64,000 bases of DNA from Patescibacteria group bacterium (GCA_041499035.1 JBGQJK010000002.1:6571-70570), one strand, 5' to 3'; shown: positions 24,189-34,185, counted from the stretch's first letter. Translations and numbers: made by a program. Notes: a model not told the origin generated them from the letters alone.

Positions 24189-27038
24189 ATGGCCGCTATA
24201 GAAGTTCCTAATATTGATCTAAAAACAGCTAAGGCTCTTAGAAAGGCTTTTGGTTATTTCTATTCTGACGTAGATCCCGAAAAGACCGAAGCATTAAGAA
24301 AGGCTTTTGGTTATTTCGGTGATCTAGAAAAAAACGCTCCTGATATTAAAGAGCCTGTCGATTTTAAAGATCCGGATACAGGAATTGCCTTCAAAACGTC
24401 TGCCGACTTTAGAGCCGAATTAAAAAAACTTGGACTTCCGGAAGGCACACCGGTTAAAAACATCGGGATTGAGGTTGAGAGGTGGTATGAAACGCTCCAA
24501 CGGGGCGAGACAACAATGGCCGGGGCTCCGGAACCCGAAAACGCTGCAAATGTACCTAATGCAGGACTCCGGGAAGCCCAAAAAATAGAATACGAACAGC
24601 GACTGGCTGCAAAAATGGCCGCTGATGAAAATGCCAAGGCTGACGTTGAAAGAATGATTAAGAGATATAAAGACCGAACTATAACGGTAGTGCCAAAGGA
24701 TCTCCAAACTCTTACTTTAGATCCGAACCAAAAAATGACTATTTATAGGTACGCTCAAGCTGCAGCTTCTGACCCGGGAATAACACAGGAGGAAGTTGCA
24801 AATATTATGCGGGGTGCAATCCCTGAAGAGCTAAGGGATAGTATCCCCGAACAAGCTATTCAAAATACGGCGCGGGGTTTTGTCGAGAAGGCGCGGGGTT
24901 TTGCCGAATATAAAACGGCTGAAGAGATTCCAACCGAAACTACAATTATGAATCCAGCCGGACCGCCGGCCGCTCTCAATGATCCTAACAATAAAGTTTT
25001 TCAGGAAATAATTCCTGAAGAGGAAGTGAGAGTGGCCCTTGCATCAGATGCCCAGGTTATATCTTATGCATTTGCAGCAAGATACGACACGGAGACAACA
25101 TTAACGGCGCCACTTTTCGGTGGAGATACTACGCTCACATGGTCATTTTATGGTCCGCCATCTACGGAGTTTGAGCCGGTAAAAGGTGAAAACAAAAATG
25201 GTATTAAACTCAACCTTAGCGTAATTCACGAAGCCGGAAGCGATGTAAAAGAGTTTGTTGCCAAAGTGCCCAAGCTAGGAGTTTCCGGGGAGGGAAGAGA
25301 AGTTGCTTCAACAGGCATTGTCCCGACCAGGGTTCCCTATCAATATACGGGCGACGAAGCTCTCGCCAAGCGGGCCCAAGGTTTCTTGCAGAAGGAAAGA
25401 TTCGGAAGATTTAGGGGGTTCAACACTCAAGGCGAATACGCTAAATACGTTACGCGTATTTCCAAAACCTCAGAATTGTCCAGAGATGTCCCCGTTACCC
25501 CTGGCGTTATGGCGGGTTCAACAGATGGTGCTGTAAGGATACTGTTTACACAAATGGCCTTAAAAAAGGCCCCTCTTTTACTCGTACCGAAAGTAACAGA
25601 AGCTATAATTAAGGGTGGTTTCCAAACCACTGCTTTAGCATCACTCGCTACTGAAGGTCGGGTTATATATTTTGCAGGGCTTGGGAAATACTCATTTAAC
25701 ATTGTCAACCTTTCCGGGGCATCCTCTGAACTCTATATAGCTGGTCTAAACTTCGGGAACAGGGCTTTCGGACTAGGTCTTGCAAAAACCGGAGGAAAGG
25801 TTGTGGCCACCGGAATAATCACAAAAGGCGCCACAGGTCAAATAACAACCCGAGCCCTCCCCGCCCTTTTTTCAAAAGTTGGCTCTTGGCTCGGTTCAAT
25901 TGCCCCTATCATTGGCAATATCCTGGGAGCGATATCTGGCTGGATATTCGGAAAGGTACTTGACAAAATCCCCTGGAAAAAAGTTAAAGAATGGTCTGCC
26001 GCAATTCTCGGAACCGCGGCCGCAATAATTTCCTTACCCTTTGTAGGCTTGGCGGCAGCGTTAGGAATAGGTGGGGCTACAACTGTAATTTCTGCGCTTT
26101 TTGGTGGCGGCCTTGGAGGATTAACTTTAGGCGGGGTTGGAGCTAGTGTGGGAGGGTTTCTTGGCGCTCTTATTCTCACAACACTAGGCAACATCGCGGG
26201 ATGGCTTTTTGTAGTATTTATTTCCTTCTCATTAATGGTCACTCTAATTCTTTTTATAATTAATGCAGGCGCTTATGTAGTTCCCCAAATTCCTGAGGTT
26301 GCGACGGGCGCTGTAGGACGAACGGGTGTTAACGTGGTATGTTCAACCGATAAAGGCCCAGTGGGTGTCAGCGGGCCAACGTCCTCTTCTCCTATCGCAA
26401 ACCGCGCATGGGAAATCGTATTTGATCTTTACCAAGGTTTTTGGTGCTTTTGGAATAGATCTCCCAGCAACGTTCCTTGGAATGGCCCCCCCAGACCTGA
26501 TTTTCCCAATGACATCGTCAAATATCCACCAAACTACCCGCAGCCAATATATTTTGACTATAATCTTTACGCAGTAAACAAAAACCCTTCAGAAAAAAGC
26601 GGACCGGACCTTTTTTGGTGTACAGACCTGGTTATCAAGGCATATCAAGAAACCGGCCACAACATCCCACCAGACCTGGGGGTCGCCGAAATGCACGCAC
26701 ACTGGCCTGTAAACAAAATTATTGCCGCAAAAGACGCAACGCCTCAAAATATAGTTCCGGGAAGCGCAGTTTTCTTCAGAGTAACTTCCGGTGATTTCGC
26801 AAACCAGTTAAATCATGTGGGAATTGTCTACTCTGTAGACCTCGCGGGAATTACCGTTGTCGAATCAAATAATGCCGTTAAAAGCGAAAGAATAACTTTT
26901 ACATTTACTACGGCAGGATCCTGTACGCCTTTGTGTCTCAAAAATGCGACTTTCCAGGAATGCGGCTGTTATGGTCAAGTAAATGGCGTGGCGAACCTTC
27001 CCGGAATGCTGGTGGATTCTTTTGGATTACCATACTAA
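24189..27038 (+). CDS. T4SS-associated cell-wall hydrolase-like protein: N-terminal repeat domain, Gly-rich multi-TM region, C-terminal CHAP/NlpC-P60 domain
   Basis: C-terminus 'FWCTDLVIKAYQETGH...HVGIVYSV...VVESN' has the Cys...His...polar pattern of CHAP/NlpC-P60 peptidases. Mid-region 'GGGLGGLTLGGVGASVGGFLGALIL' TM helices. Tandem 'ALRKAFGYF' repeats at the N-terminus. Confidence 0.55.
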   Translation: MAAIEVPNIDLKTAKALRKAFGYFYSDVDPEKTEALRKAFGYFGDLEKNAPDIKEPVDFKDPDTGIAFKTSADFRAELKKLGLPEGTPVKNIGIEVERWYETLQRGETTMAGAPEPENAANVPNAGLREAQKIEYEQRLAAKMAADENAKADVERMIKRYKDRTITVVPKDLQTLTLDPNQKMTIYRYAQAAASDPGITQEEVANIMRGAIPEELRDSIPEQAIQNTARGFVEKARGFAEYKTAEEIPTETTIMNPAGPPAALNDPNNKVFQEIIPEEEVRVALASDAQVISYAFAARYDTETTLTAPLFGGDTTLTWSFYGPPSTEFEPVKGENKNGIKLNLSVIHEAGSDVKEFVAKVPKLGVSGEGREVASTGIVPTRVPYQYTGDEALAKRAQGFLQKERFGRFRGFNTQGEYAKYVTRISKTSELSRDVPVTPGVMAGSTDGAVRILFTQMALKKAPLLLVPKVTEAIIKGGFQTTALASLATEGRVIYFAGLGKYSFNIVNLSGASSELYIAGLNFGNRAFGLGLAKTGGKVVATGIITKGATGQITTRALPALFSKVGSWLGSIAPIIGNILGAISGWIFGKVLDKIPWKKVKEWSAAILGTAAAIISLPFVGLAAALGIGGATTVISALFGGGLGGLTLGGVGASVGGFLGALILTTLGNIAGWLFVVFISFSLMVTLILFIINAGAYVVPQIPEVATGAVGRTGVNVVCSTDKGPVGVSGPTSSSPIANRAWEIVFDLYQGFWCFWNRSPSNVPWNGPPRPDFPNDIVKYPPNYPQPIYFDYNLYAVNKNPSEKSGPDLFWCTDLVIKAYQETGHNIPPDLGVAEMHAHWPVNKIIAAKDATPQNIVPGSAVFFRVTSGDFANQLNHVGIVYSVDLAGITVVESNNAVKSERITFTFTTAGSCTPLCLKNATFQECGCYGQVNGVANLPGMLVDSFGLPY

Positions 27039-27727
27039 TGAAATTTTCATTTAACAAAAAACAAATCGTAATTATTATTTCTATTTTTGCGTTGCTTTTT
27101 GCCGGACTTTACCTATTCCTAAGTAGGGCTGTTCAGCCTACTGTAATAAATACCTCCCCGGATAACGGATCATCCGACGTTTCCGAAACATCACAAATCA
27201 GTATTAATTTTGACGCAAGCATTCAGGAAAAGTCAAAAACAAAAATATTTGTGGCTCTGAAACCTCAAGCAGATTTTGATTCAACATGGCTAGCAAACAC
27301 ATATAAAATAATCCCCAAAACAAATTTGCAAAACAACCAGAAATACACTGTCAATGTGTTATTTGATAATACTAAAATATATAGTTTTTCATTTGAAACA
27401 GAAATTTTTAACAGCGCTGTTATTCAAAAGTACGGCAGTCTTCAATCACAAAACGACTTCGTCTTCGGTCAGGTAACGAAAGACCTTATAACAAAGTATC
27501 CATGGTATACAAGTCTCCCTGTTAAAACCAATAACTATATCGTTGATTACGATTTTGACAAGCAAGAATTTGTAATAACATTTTTGGTTCCGATTGAGAG
27601 TTCTGATCAGCTAAATACTTTAACTTCGGATGTAATGCAAAAACTTAAAGGAATCGGGGTTAAAGACCCGATTACATATTACATGAATATGATAGCTCCA
27701 CGCCCTTCGCCTAACCCTGGACTCTAA
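27038..27727 (+). CDS. hypothetical signal-anchored protein (start trimmed to 'MKFSFNKKQ')
   Basis: ATG overlaps the stop of the upstream gene by 1 nt; N-terminal TM 'IVIIISIFALLFAGLYLFL'; remainder beta-rich. Confidence 0.4.
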   Translation: MKFSFNKKQIVIIISIFALLFAGLYLFLSRAVQPTVINTSPDNGSSDVSETSQISINFDASIQEKSKTKIFVALKPQADFDSTWLANTYKIIPKTNLQNNQKYTVNVLFDNTKIYSFSFETEIFNSAVIQKYGSLQSQNDFVFGQVTKDLITKYPWYTSLPVKTNNYIVDYDFDKQEFVITFLVPIESSDQLNTLTSDVMQKLKGIGVKDPITYYMNMIAPRPSPNPGL

Positions 27728-28826
27728 CAGGCATAATAAGATGAAGGTAGTTTGGGTCGGTTGAATCTGTAAATAGACCCGCTTTGTCCGAGGAAGTAAA
27801 TTCCATTTTAACCTCATCCCCGGCTACAGAATGCAAGAATTCTTCAAGAAATCGGTAGTTAAAGGCAATTTCAAAATCTTTTACGCTGCCTTCAACCCTA
27901 GCCTCCACATCCGTTTCCTGACTTCCCGAAGAACTACTTTCGGCCAAAACCTTAACTGAGTCCTTATATAGTTTAAGTTTGACTATGTTCGCAGCCTCTC
28001 TGGCAAAGATTGATGCCAGCTTTACAGCCCTTAAAAATTCTTCTTTATCCAATCTAACGGAAATAGAAGAACTCTTGGGTATAATTTTTTCAAAATCCGG
28101 ATATTCCCCTTCCAGAAGCCTTGAACTTAAAACTACGTCGCCTAAACCAAAAACAACTTGCCTGTCTTTTTCCTGAATCTCGAGTTGAATCTCATCAATA
28201 TCTCCCGCCGACCTCCCAATCTCCCCCAATATACTCTTTGGAATTACAATTTTTTTCATTACCGGTTCGTTCTTTTGTAATGTCAGAACAACTTTCTTTT
28301 GAGAAAGTCTAAAACCGTCTGTAGCTACCAGAACAAGGCTGTTTTTGTTAAGAATAACAAGTACGCCGGTTAGTACCGGCCGTGTTTCATCCGTACTTGT
28401 GGCATAAATAACCTGCGCGAGAGATTCCAAAATAGCTTTTTTAGGTAAGCTGAAAGGTTTTGCTAAAGATCCCGGAATTTTAGGAAAATCAGACGCATTC
28501 ATGCCCAAAATTTTCGCCGTAAAGCCTGAAGTCGTAATATTAAGTTGTTCCTTTTCCGATTCAAGTGTTACGGTTTCTTTTGGGAGATTGGAAATCAGCT
28601 CTGTTATTACTTTTGAGGGAATACTGATTTCACCTTCACTTTCTATCTTTGCGCCTATTTGGGTAAGAACGGAGACTTCAAGGTTCGTTGAAGCAACTGT
28701 AAGTTTTGTTTTGGTAGCCCTAAGTAAAATATTACCGAGGATTGGAAGTTGAGATCTAAGGCTCACAAATCTTGAAGCTTGTGTAACTGCATTTGTAAGA
28801 TTTTCCTGTAAAACGGTTAATTTCAT
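27711..28826 (-). CDS. dnaN: DNA polymerase III beta sliding clamp
   Basis: 'MKLTVLQENLTNAVTQASRFV...LPILGNILLRA' canonical DnaN N-terminus; ~370 aa; downstream of dnaA. Confidence 0.9.
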   Translation of the reverse strand: MKLTVLQENLTNAVTQASRFVSLRSQLPILGNILLRATKTKLTVASTNLEVSVLTQIGAKIESEGEISIPSKVITELISNLPKETVTLESEKEQLNITTSGFTAKILGMNASDFPKIPGSLAKPFSLPKKAILESLAQVIYATSTDETRPVLTGVLVILNKNSLVLVATDGFRLSQKKVVLTLQKNEPVMKKIVIPKSILGEIGRSAGDIDEIQLEIQEKDRQVVFGLGDVVLSSRLLEGEYPDFEKIIPKSSSISVRLDKEEFLRAVKLASIFAREAANIVKLKLYKDSVKVLAESSSSGSQETDVEARVEGSVKDFEIAFNYRFLEEFLHSVAGDEVKMEFTSSDKAGLFTDSTDPNYLHLIMPVRVQG

Positions 28827-28869
28827 AATGTGTCAGTTATTATATATTAAATAGTAGGAGTAGTAGTAG

Positions 28870-29012
28870 GCACTGTTGATAAGTGCAAAAAAGTCTGATT
28901 TTGAATTTATGTTTCGGATCATGTTTGTGTGAATACCAGCCACGCTGTTTTGTTGATAAAGTTGTGGATAATTCTAAAGCTTGTGTTGATAAGTCTACTC
29001 TTTTATCAAAGC
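28870..29012. promoter_or_regulatory. oriC-type DnaA-box cluster between dnaA and dnaN
   Basis: TTGTGGATAA (28962-28971, perfect TTATCCACA on the - strand), TGTTGATAA at 28874, 28951 and 28984, TTATCAAA at 29003; AT-rich flank 28840-28860. Confidence 0.6.
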
Positions 29013-29016
29013 ATCC

Positions 29017-30378
29017 TCATATCCCCAACTTGATATGCGCGATATCCTCACGGATATGCACATCGGTTGTGGCCAGCTCGGTGATTTTACCCACAGCGTG
29101 CATAACGGTAGTGTGGTCCCTGTCCCCCACGAGCCTACCGACCTCTTCTAATGAAATTCCCAAATGGGTTCTAAGTAAATACATTAAAATTTGCCGGGGC
29201 CTTGCTACCGGTCTGGCACGCGAATCTCCCAGGAGAGCCCGTTTTCCTATCTGGTAGTAACCTGAGACAGCTTCAATCACTTCGGAAGGGTCTTTTTTAA
29301 CCGCTTTTCCGTTTACCTCAATCCCCTTTCCGAGTACAGACTCGATGAGCTCGTTGCTCATTTCAATGTGCTTTAGTTTTATTTCAGTCATGAGCTTAAT
29401 CAATACCCCTTCTATTTTTCTCGCCGAATCAATATTTCCTGCGATCATCTGTATTTGATCCATCGCAAGCTCTAAACCTTTTTCTCTGGCTTTAATTTGG
29501 GCGATTGCGCACCGCAGCTCAAAGTCAGGTGGCGCAACATCGACAATTAGACCAGCCTCAAACCGGCTCCGTAGGCGTTCTTCCAGGCGTGGAATTTCGC
29601 TCGGAGGTCTGTCGCTGGTTAATATGACTTGTCCTCCGGCTGACGTTACCGCGTTAAATGTGTGGAAGAATTCCTCCTGAGCGGTGTCTTTTCCTGCAAT
29701 AAATTGAATATCGTCTATAAGGAGGAGGTCCAGTTTTCTATATTTGTCCCTGAAGCTTTGGGTAGTTTTGTTTCTTATGCCCTCTATGATGTCGTTTGTA
29801 AAACTTTCCCCGGTGCAAAGGAGGACTTTCAGATCAGAGTTTTTTTGCAGCGAAGAGTTACCTACAGCTCCCATTAAATGAGTTTTGCCCACTCCTACTC
29901 CACCCCATATGAAAAGAGGATTATATGCCGACCCCAGGGTTTCTGATACGGCTAAAGCCGCTGCGTGAGCCATTTGATTTGAACCCGAAACGGCAAAGTT
30001 TTCGAAGTTGAAATTAGATCTGATTTTGGCTTTTTGCAAAACCTCAATCAAATTTTCATCCTTGACTTCCTCTTGGAACAGAGGTGAGGCCGTATTTTCC
30101 GCTGCTTTACTCTTCTCCGGACTTTCTTTGACTATAAATACCAGATCGCAGGGTTTGCCTAATACTTTTGAGACGGAGTCTTGAACTAAACCGAAATATC
30201 TTGATTCGATTGTGCTTTTAACAAAAGACGAGGAACAACCTATTTCAACCAACATTCTCTCCCCCATTTCTTTAATTGAAGCTATGTGGGTTTGTGAAAA
30301 CCAGGTAGAAAATATCGCAGGAGAAACCGAAACTTTAACAATCTCTAATGTGTCTTTCCATGAAGATTTATTATCCAT
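29017..30378 (-). CDS. dnaA: chromosomal replication initiator DnaA
   Basis: AAA+ Walker A '[16 protein letters not shown]', Walker B '[13 protein letters not shown]', C-terminal DnaA-box-binding domain '[13 protein letters not shown]'. Confidence 0.9.
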   Translation of the reverse strand: MDNKSSWKDTLEIVKVSVSPAIFSTWFSQTHIASIKEMGERMLVEIGCSSSFVKSTIESRYFGLVQDSVSKVLGKPCDLVFIVKESPEKSKAAENTASPLFQEEVKDENLIEVLQKAKIRSNFNFENFAVSGSNQMAHAAALAVSETLGSAYNPLFIWGGVGVGKTHLMGAVGNSSLQKNSDLKVLLCTGESFTNDIIEGIRNKTTQSFRDKYRKLDLLLIDDIQFIAGKDTAQEEFFHTFNAVTSAGGQVILTSDRPPSEIPRLEERLRSRFEAGLIVDVAPPDFELRCAIAQIKAREKGLELAMDQIQMIAGNIDSARKIEGVLIKLMTEIKLKHIEMSNELIESVLGKGIEVNGKAVKKDPSEVIEAVSGYYQIGKRALLGDSRARPVARPRQILMYLLRTHLGISLEEVGRLVGDRDHTTVMHAVGKITELATTDVHIREDIAHIKLGI

Positions 30379-30420
30379 ATTTGTTTTAAATTTGCTGTAA
30401 GCATATGTGTATTTACAAAG

Positions 30421-30429
30421 TTATCCACA
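30421..30429 (+). promoter_or_regulatory. consensus DnaA box TTATCCACA in the dnaA/rpmH intergenic promoter region
   Basis: Exact 9-mer seen in sequence. Confidence 0.55.
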
Positions 30430-30474
30430 ATGAGTCAAGTGGCAATTTGTATGATTGTCATATATAATTGCCTT

Positions 30475-30615
30475 ATGTCCACCAAGCGTACTTATCAACC
30501 GAGCAAAACAAAAAGAAGAAATATTCACGGTTTTATGTCGCGGATGAAAAGTGCCGGAGGGAGGAATGTACTAAAAAGGAGAAGACTTAAAGGTAGAAAA
30601 AGTTTGACGGTTTGA
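30475..30615 (+). CDS. rpmH: 50S ribosomal protein L34
   Basis: '[46 protein letters not shown]' matches the L34 family; start trimmed to an internal Met of the longer ORF. Confidence 0.85.
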   Translation: MSTKRTYQPSKTKRRNIHGFMSRMKSAGGRNVLKRRRLKGRKSLTV

Positions 30616-30633
30616 CCTTCAACCTGATTAATA

Positions 30634-30978
30634 ATGTTGGCAAAAAAATATAGACTCACAGGTTCAAGTGACTTTGCAAAAGTCCAGGCCTCAGGGAAAA
30701 CTTTTCAATCGGAGAATTTTGGTGTGGCGATTCTTGAGAGGGGAGATGACGCTCCACCTCGGTTTGCTTTTGTAGTTTCTACGAAAATTGCAAAAGATGC
30801 GGTTGACCGGAATACTATTAAACGGCACATGAGCGAAACGGTCCGTTTGATGACGAACGAAGTTAAAAATGGACTGGATGTAGTTTTTTTGGCGAAGACC
30901 AACATAATGAGAGTTCCGGCTGACACAATCGTTCGGGAGGTTCGTGCCGCGGTTAGGGAGAGCGGGATAACCAGGTGA
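30634..30978 (+). CDS. rnpA: ribonuclease P protein component
   Basis: ~114 aa basic protein directly after rpmH; '[14 protein letters not shown]...' RnpA-like. Confidence 0.75.
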   Translation: MLAKKYRLTGSSDFAKVQASGKTFQSENFGVAILERGDDAPPRFAFVVSTKIAKDAVDRNTIKRHMSETVRLMTNEVKNGLDVVFLAKTNIMRVPADTIVREVRAAVRESGITR

Positions 30979-31205
30979 AAATTTTTTTGATTTTTCTTCT
31001 TACGTCGTATCAAAGAATCGTTTCACCGACTTTAGAAGTTCTTTTGGGTAAGGCTTGCAGGTTTACACCGACCTGCAGTCAGTATACAATTGAGGCTCTC
31101 GAAAAATACGGGGCATCTAAAGGTTTGAGTTTGGGAATTAAAAGATTTCTTAGATGTCACCCTTGGGGAGGGTCAGGATACGACCCCGTACCAAATAATA
31201 AGTAA
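30975..31205 (+). CDS. yidD: membrane protein insertion efficiency factor YidD
   Basis: 'YQRIVSP...[19 protein letters not shown]...[14 protein letters not shown]' is the YidD signature. Confidence 0.85.
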   Translation: MKIFLIFLLTSYQRIVSPTLEVLLGKACRFTPTCSQYTIEALEKYGASKGLSLGIKRFLRCHPWGGSGYDPVPNNK

Positions 31206-31206
31206 A

Positions 31207-32055
31207 ATGGGACAATTTTTTGGAACACTATTTAACATTATTCAATGGCCGTTAGCAAACGGTCTTATTCTTTTTTATAATTTTTTTGGCCACAATTTGG
31301 GAGTTGCCACAATTCTTTTTAGTACATTCCTTTTCTTAATTACACGCCCGCTCAGTAAGCCTCAAATGGATTCAATGAAGAAGATAAGAGAAGTCCAGCC
31401 GCTTGTCGATAAGCTTAAGAATAAATATGGGAGCGACAAAATGGGTTTTTCCAAGGCTCAGGCGGAGCTTTACAAACAGAAGGGAATTAACCCTGGGTCG
31501 GGATGCATTTTCCAAATTTTACAACTTGTGATTTTAATCGCCTTTTACCAGGTTTTTGCTTCATCTCTATCAAACAATGTTGATTCTATAGCCAAACTGA
31601 ACGCTCACTTATATCCCAGTCTAAGAATAGAATCCCAAGCCACATTAAATACAAACTTCCTTTATCTGAACATTAGCAAGCCCGACCTTTTCAATGTCCC
31701 GGGTTTGGCGTTTGGTCTCCCTGGAGTTTTTCTGATCTTGGCCACAGTTTCACAATTTTTGTCAATTAAAATCACGGCCCCCTTTGTTGAAGCCGAGAAG
31801 AAAGTTGTGAAAGCAACAAAAAGCGAGACCGATGATATGCAGCTTGCCATGAGCTCCAGCATGATGTACACCGTACCTTTGATGACATTATATTTTGGTT
31901 ACAAATTTCCTTCCGGGCTTGCTCTCTACTGGCTCGTGTTTTCACTTGGCACCGTTTGGCAGCAGGTGTCTTCTAACGGATGGGGAAGTCTGACCCCTTT
32001 TCTTCGCCGCTATGGTCTGCTACAATCAGAGCCTAGCAATGGAAAAAAGAGTTAA
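31207..32055 (+). CDS. yidC: membrane protein insertase YidC (short form)
   Basis: Position after yidD, 5 TM helices, 'GLALYWLVFSLGTVWQQ' C-terminal YidC/Oxa1 motif. Confidence 0.75.
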   Translation: MGQFFGTLFNIIQWPLANGLILFYNFFGHNLGVATILFSTFLFLITRPLSKPQMDSMKKIREVQPLVDKLKNKYGSDKMGFSKAQAELYKQKGINPGSGCIFQILQLVILIAFYQVFASSLSNNVDSIAKLNAHLYPSLRIESQATLNTNFLYLNISKPDLFNVPGLAFGLPGVFLILATVSQFLSIKITAPFVEAEKKVVKATKSETDDMQLAMSSSMMYTVPLMTLYFGYKFPSGLALYWLVFSLGTVWQQVSSNGWGSLTPFLRRYGLLQSEPSNGKKS

Positions 32056-32500
32056 AGATCTTAAGAAAATAACCGACGAACTTCTTTCCCTAATGGGGAC
32101 AAAAGCGGCCGCAGAAGTTTCCTACGACAAATCGAACGAATGCTATTTGGTCAATATCGACGGGGGCGATGAAACAGGACTTATAATTGGCAAAAAAGGG
32201 GAAACACTTCTGAGTCTGCAAACAATGCTTGGCATCCTTCTTAAGGGTAAGACCGGAGAGTGGGAAAGGGTTACGGTTAACGTAGGAGATTATTTGGAAA
32301 AGGAGGAAGAATATCTCAAAAACCTTGCCGAGAGTGCAGCAACGAGGGCAAAAGAGACTGGAGATCCCCAAAGCCTCTATAATCTAAAACCAGCCCAAAG
32401 ACGAATCATCCATATGGTTTTGGCGGAAGATAAAGACATTACAACAGAGTCTCTGGGGGAGGGAGAAGAGAGATATTTAGTTGTGAAAGCTTCAAAATAG
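32039..32500 (+). CDS. jag: Jag/KhpB-like RNA-binding protein (KH + R3H)
   Basis: Follows yidC as in the conserved rpmH-rnpA-yidC-jag cluster; 'LIIGKKGETLLSLQ' KH-like and 'LKPAQRRIIHMVL' R3H motifs. Confidence 0.7.
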   Translation: MEKRVKDLKKITDELLSLMGTKAAAEVSYDKSNECYLVNIDGGDETGLIIGKKGETLLSLQTMLGILLKGKTGEWERVTVNVGDYLEKEEEYLKNLAESAATRAKETGDPQSLYNLKPAQRRIIHMVLAEDKDITTESLGEGEERYLVVKASK

Positions 32501-32515
32501 AGTAAAATCCAATAA

Positions 32516-33769
32516 GTGATCAGGAACTTCAAGACACTGGAAAAATATTTAGTGGTTTCTTTTCTTTTTTTACTTCCAACACAGCTCGCCCTGCACTTTT
32601 GGCCCAATTGGGCATTTGTATTTGGGCTACGGGTAGACATCCTCGCCCCCGCAATTTATTTAACTGACGTATTTATAGTCGCCCTTCTCATATTTAAAGT
32701 CTTTAAAGACAAAGAATTTTTCAAGCCTATGACAAGCCGGAAAACTTACTTGGGCTTGTTTGTAGTCTTTGCCGTTATAAATTGTGTTTTTTCTTCATCT
32801 CCACCTGTGAGTGTTTATAGATGGTTTAAGGTGGCAGAGTATTCCTTCGCTGCCTATTATTTTTTTAGGCAAGACATTTTAAAACTTTCTTCAGTTATTA
32901 AGATTCTTTTTTGGTCCTCGATCACCTTTTCCTTAATAGGTATATTTCAATTTTTAAAAGGAGCGACCATTGGGGGCCCATTGTACTATTTAGGTGAGAG
33001 GACCTTTAATATGGGAACCCCGGGAATAGCTTTAGTTAGTTTAAACGGAGTAGAGCACCTGAGAGCATATTCAACCTTTTCGCACCCAAACTCACTGGCG
33101 GGATTTTTGGGGGCGGTGGTTCTTTTTATTCTTCTAAGCGGGAAATTAAGAAGAAGTTTTTTTAATTTCTTTGGACTATTAATAATACTCGTTTCATTTC
33201 TATTGTCGTTTTCTATATCCGCTTATTTGGGAATATTTTTAGCATTCTCCTTCTATTTATTTTCCAAGAATAAAGGATTTTTCAGGCGAGCCGTAATTAC
33301 CTCATTTTTCCTACTCGTTCTCGGGAGTCTTTTATTACCTCTTCTTTCCCCATGGTTTCTGGAAAGATTCCCCTTTGTCGGACAAAACATCGGTGAGAGA
33401 TTGGACCTGGCCTATCTTGCAGGAAAGATGATAAGTCAAAGATTTTTGATTGGGGTGGGCTTGGGCACTTTTATAGTTAACCTACCTCTTTTCAAAGGTA
33501 TTTTTTCCTATTCTTGGCTCTTGCAGCCGGTTCATAATATTTTTCTGCTCGTTTTGTCCGAAACGGGGATTGTTGGCCTTCTAATATTCTGTTTTGCGGT
33601 TTACAAAACTCTTGTTACGCAGCTGAAAAGTAAAACACTTTACCTGATCTTACCAGTTCTATTTATTTTATTTACGGGTCTTTTTGACCACTACACGCTG
33701 ACCCTTCAGCAAAATATGCTGCTTTTTAGTATCTTCATGGGCATATCTTTTAATGTTAAAATGGCCTAA
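32516..33769 (+). CDS. O-antigen ligase (Wzy_C)-family polytopic membrane protein
   Basis: ~10 TM helices; 'VHNIFLLVLSETGIVGLLIF' matches the conserved H-N-x-x-L-x-x-x-x-E-x-G motif of the O-antigen ligase/polymerase family. Confidence 0.55.
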   Translation: MIRNFKTLEKYLVVSFLFLLPTQLALHFWPNWAFVFGLRVDILAPAIYLTDVFIVALLIFKVFKDKEFFKPMTSRKTYLGLFVVFAVINCVFSSSPPVSVYRWFKVAEYSFAAYYFFRQDILKLSSVIKILFWSSITFSLIGIFQFLKGATIGGPLYYLGERTFNMGTPGIALVSLNGVEHLRAYSTFSHPNSLAGFLGAVVLFILLSGKLRRSFFNFFGLLIILVSFLLSFSISAYLGIFLAFSFYLFSKNKGFFRRAVITSFFLLVLGSLLLPLLSPWFLERFPFVGQNIGERLDLAYLAGKMISQRFLIGVGLGTFIVNLPLFKGIFSYSWLLQPVHNIFLLVLSETGIVGLLIFCFAVYKTLVTQLKSKTLYLILPVLFILFTGLFDHYTLTLQQNMLLFSIFMGISFNVKMA

Positions 33770-34185
33770 TGCAAAACGGTCATATAACTATCCACACCGA
33801 CGGCGGTTCCCGTGGGAATCCCGGGACTGCTGCCTGTGCTTTTGTAGTTGAGGAAGGGGATAGGGAAATTTATAGAGGTTCAAGATATTTAGGGCATAGA
33901 ACCAACAATGTTGCTGAATATAGTGGAGTGTTACTGGCTCTAAAGTGGTTAGTAGAAAACAATAAACAGAACTCCTTTGTGAGCTTTTATCTTGACTCGG
34001 AACTTGTGGTGAAACAGATAAATGCAGTTTATAAAGTTAAGGACGAAAATTTAAGAAACCTTTTATCCGAAGTTTTGTTTCTTCTAAAAAAGTTTGATGG
34101 CGAAGTGGTTTTTAAAAACGTTCCCCGCGAAAAAAACAAAATTGCAGACCTTTTGGTTAATCAGGAATTGGATAAAAATCTTTAA
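33769..34185 (+). CDS. rnhA: ribonuclease HI
   Basis: 'ITIHTDGGSRGNPG...NNVAEYSGVLLAL...LDSELVVKQI...ADLL' gives the RNase H DEDD arrangement. Confidence 0.75.
   Translation: MQNGHITIHTDGGSRGNPGTAACAFVVEEGDREIYRGSRYLGHRTNNVAEYSGVLLALKWLVENNKQNSFVSFYLDSELVVKQINAVYKVKDENLRNLLSEVLFLLKKFDGEVVFKNVPREKNKIADLLVNQELDKNL

Noticed and set aside
26933-27037. Longer N-terminal extension of the 27038-27727 gene overlapping the CHAP gene 3' end
   Set aside because: Would overlap 105 nt of the upstream CDS in another frame. The internal Met followed by a hydrophobic signal-anchor is the more plausible start.
11077-27038. Interpretation of the locus as an integrative conjugative element
   Set aside because: No integrase, relaxase, VirD4 or flanking direct repeats are visible in the window. 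tRNA genes are >6 kb away and not flanking. The flanking genes are core (dnaN, SpoIID-like).
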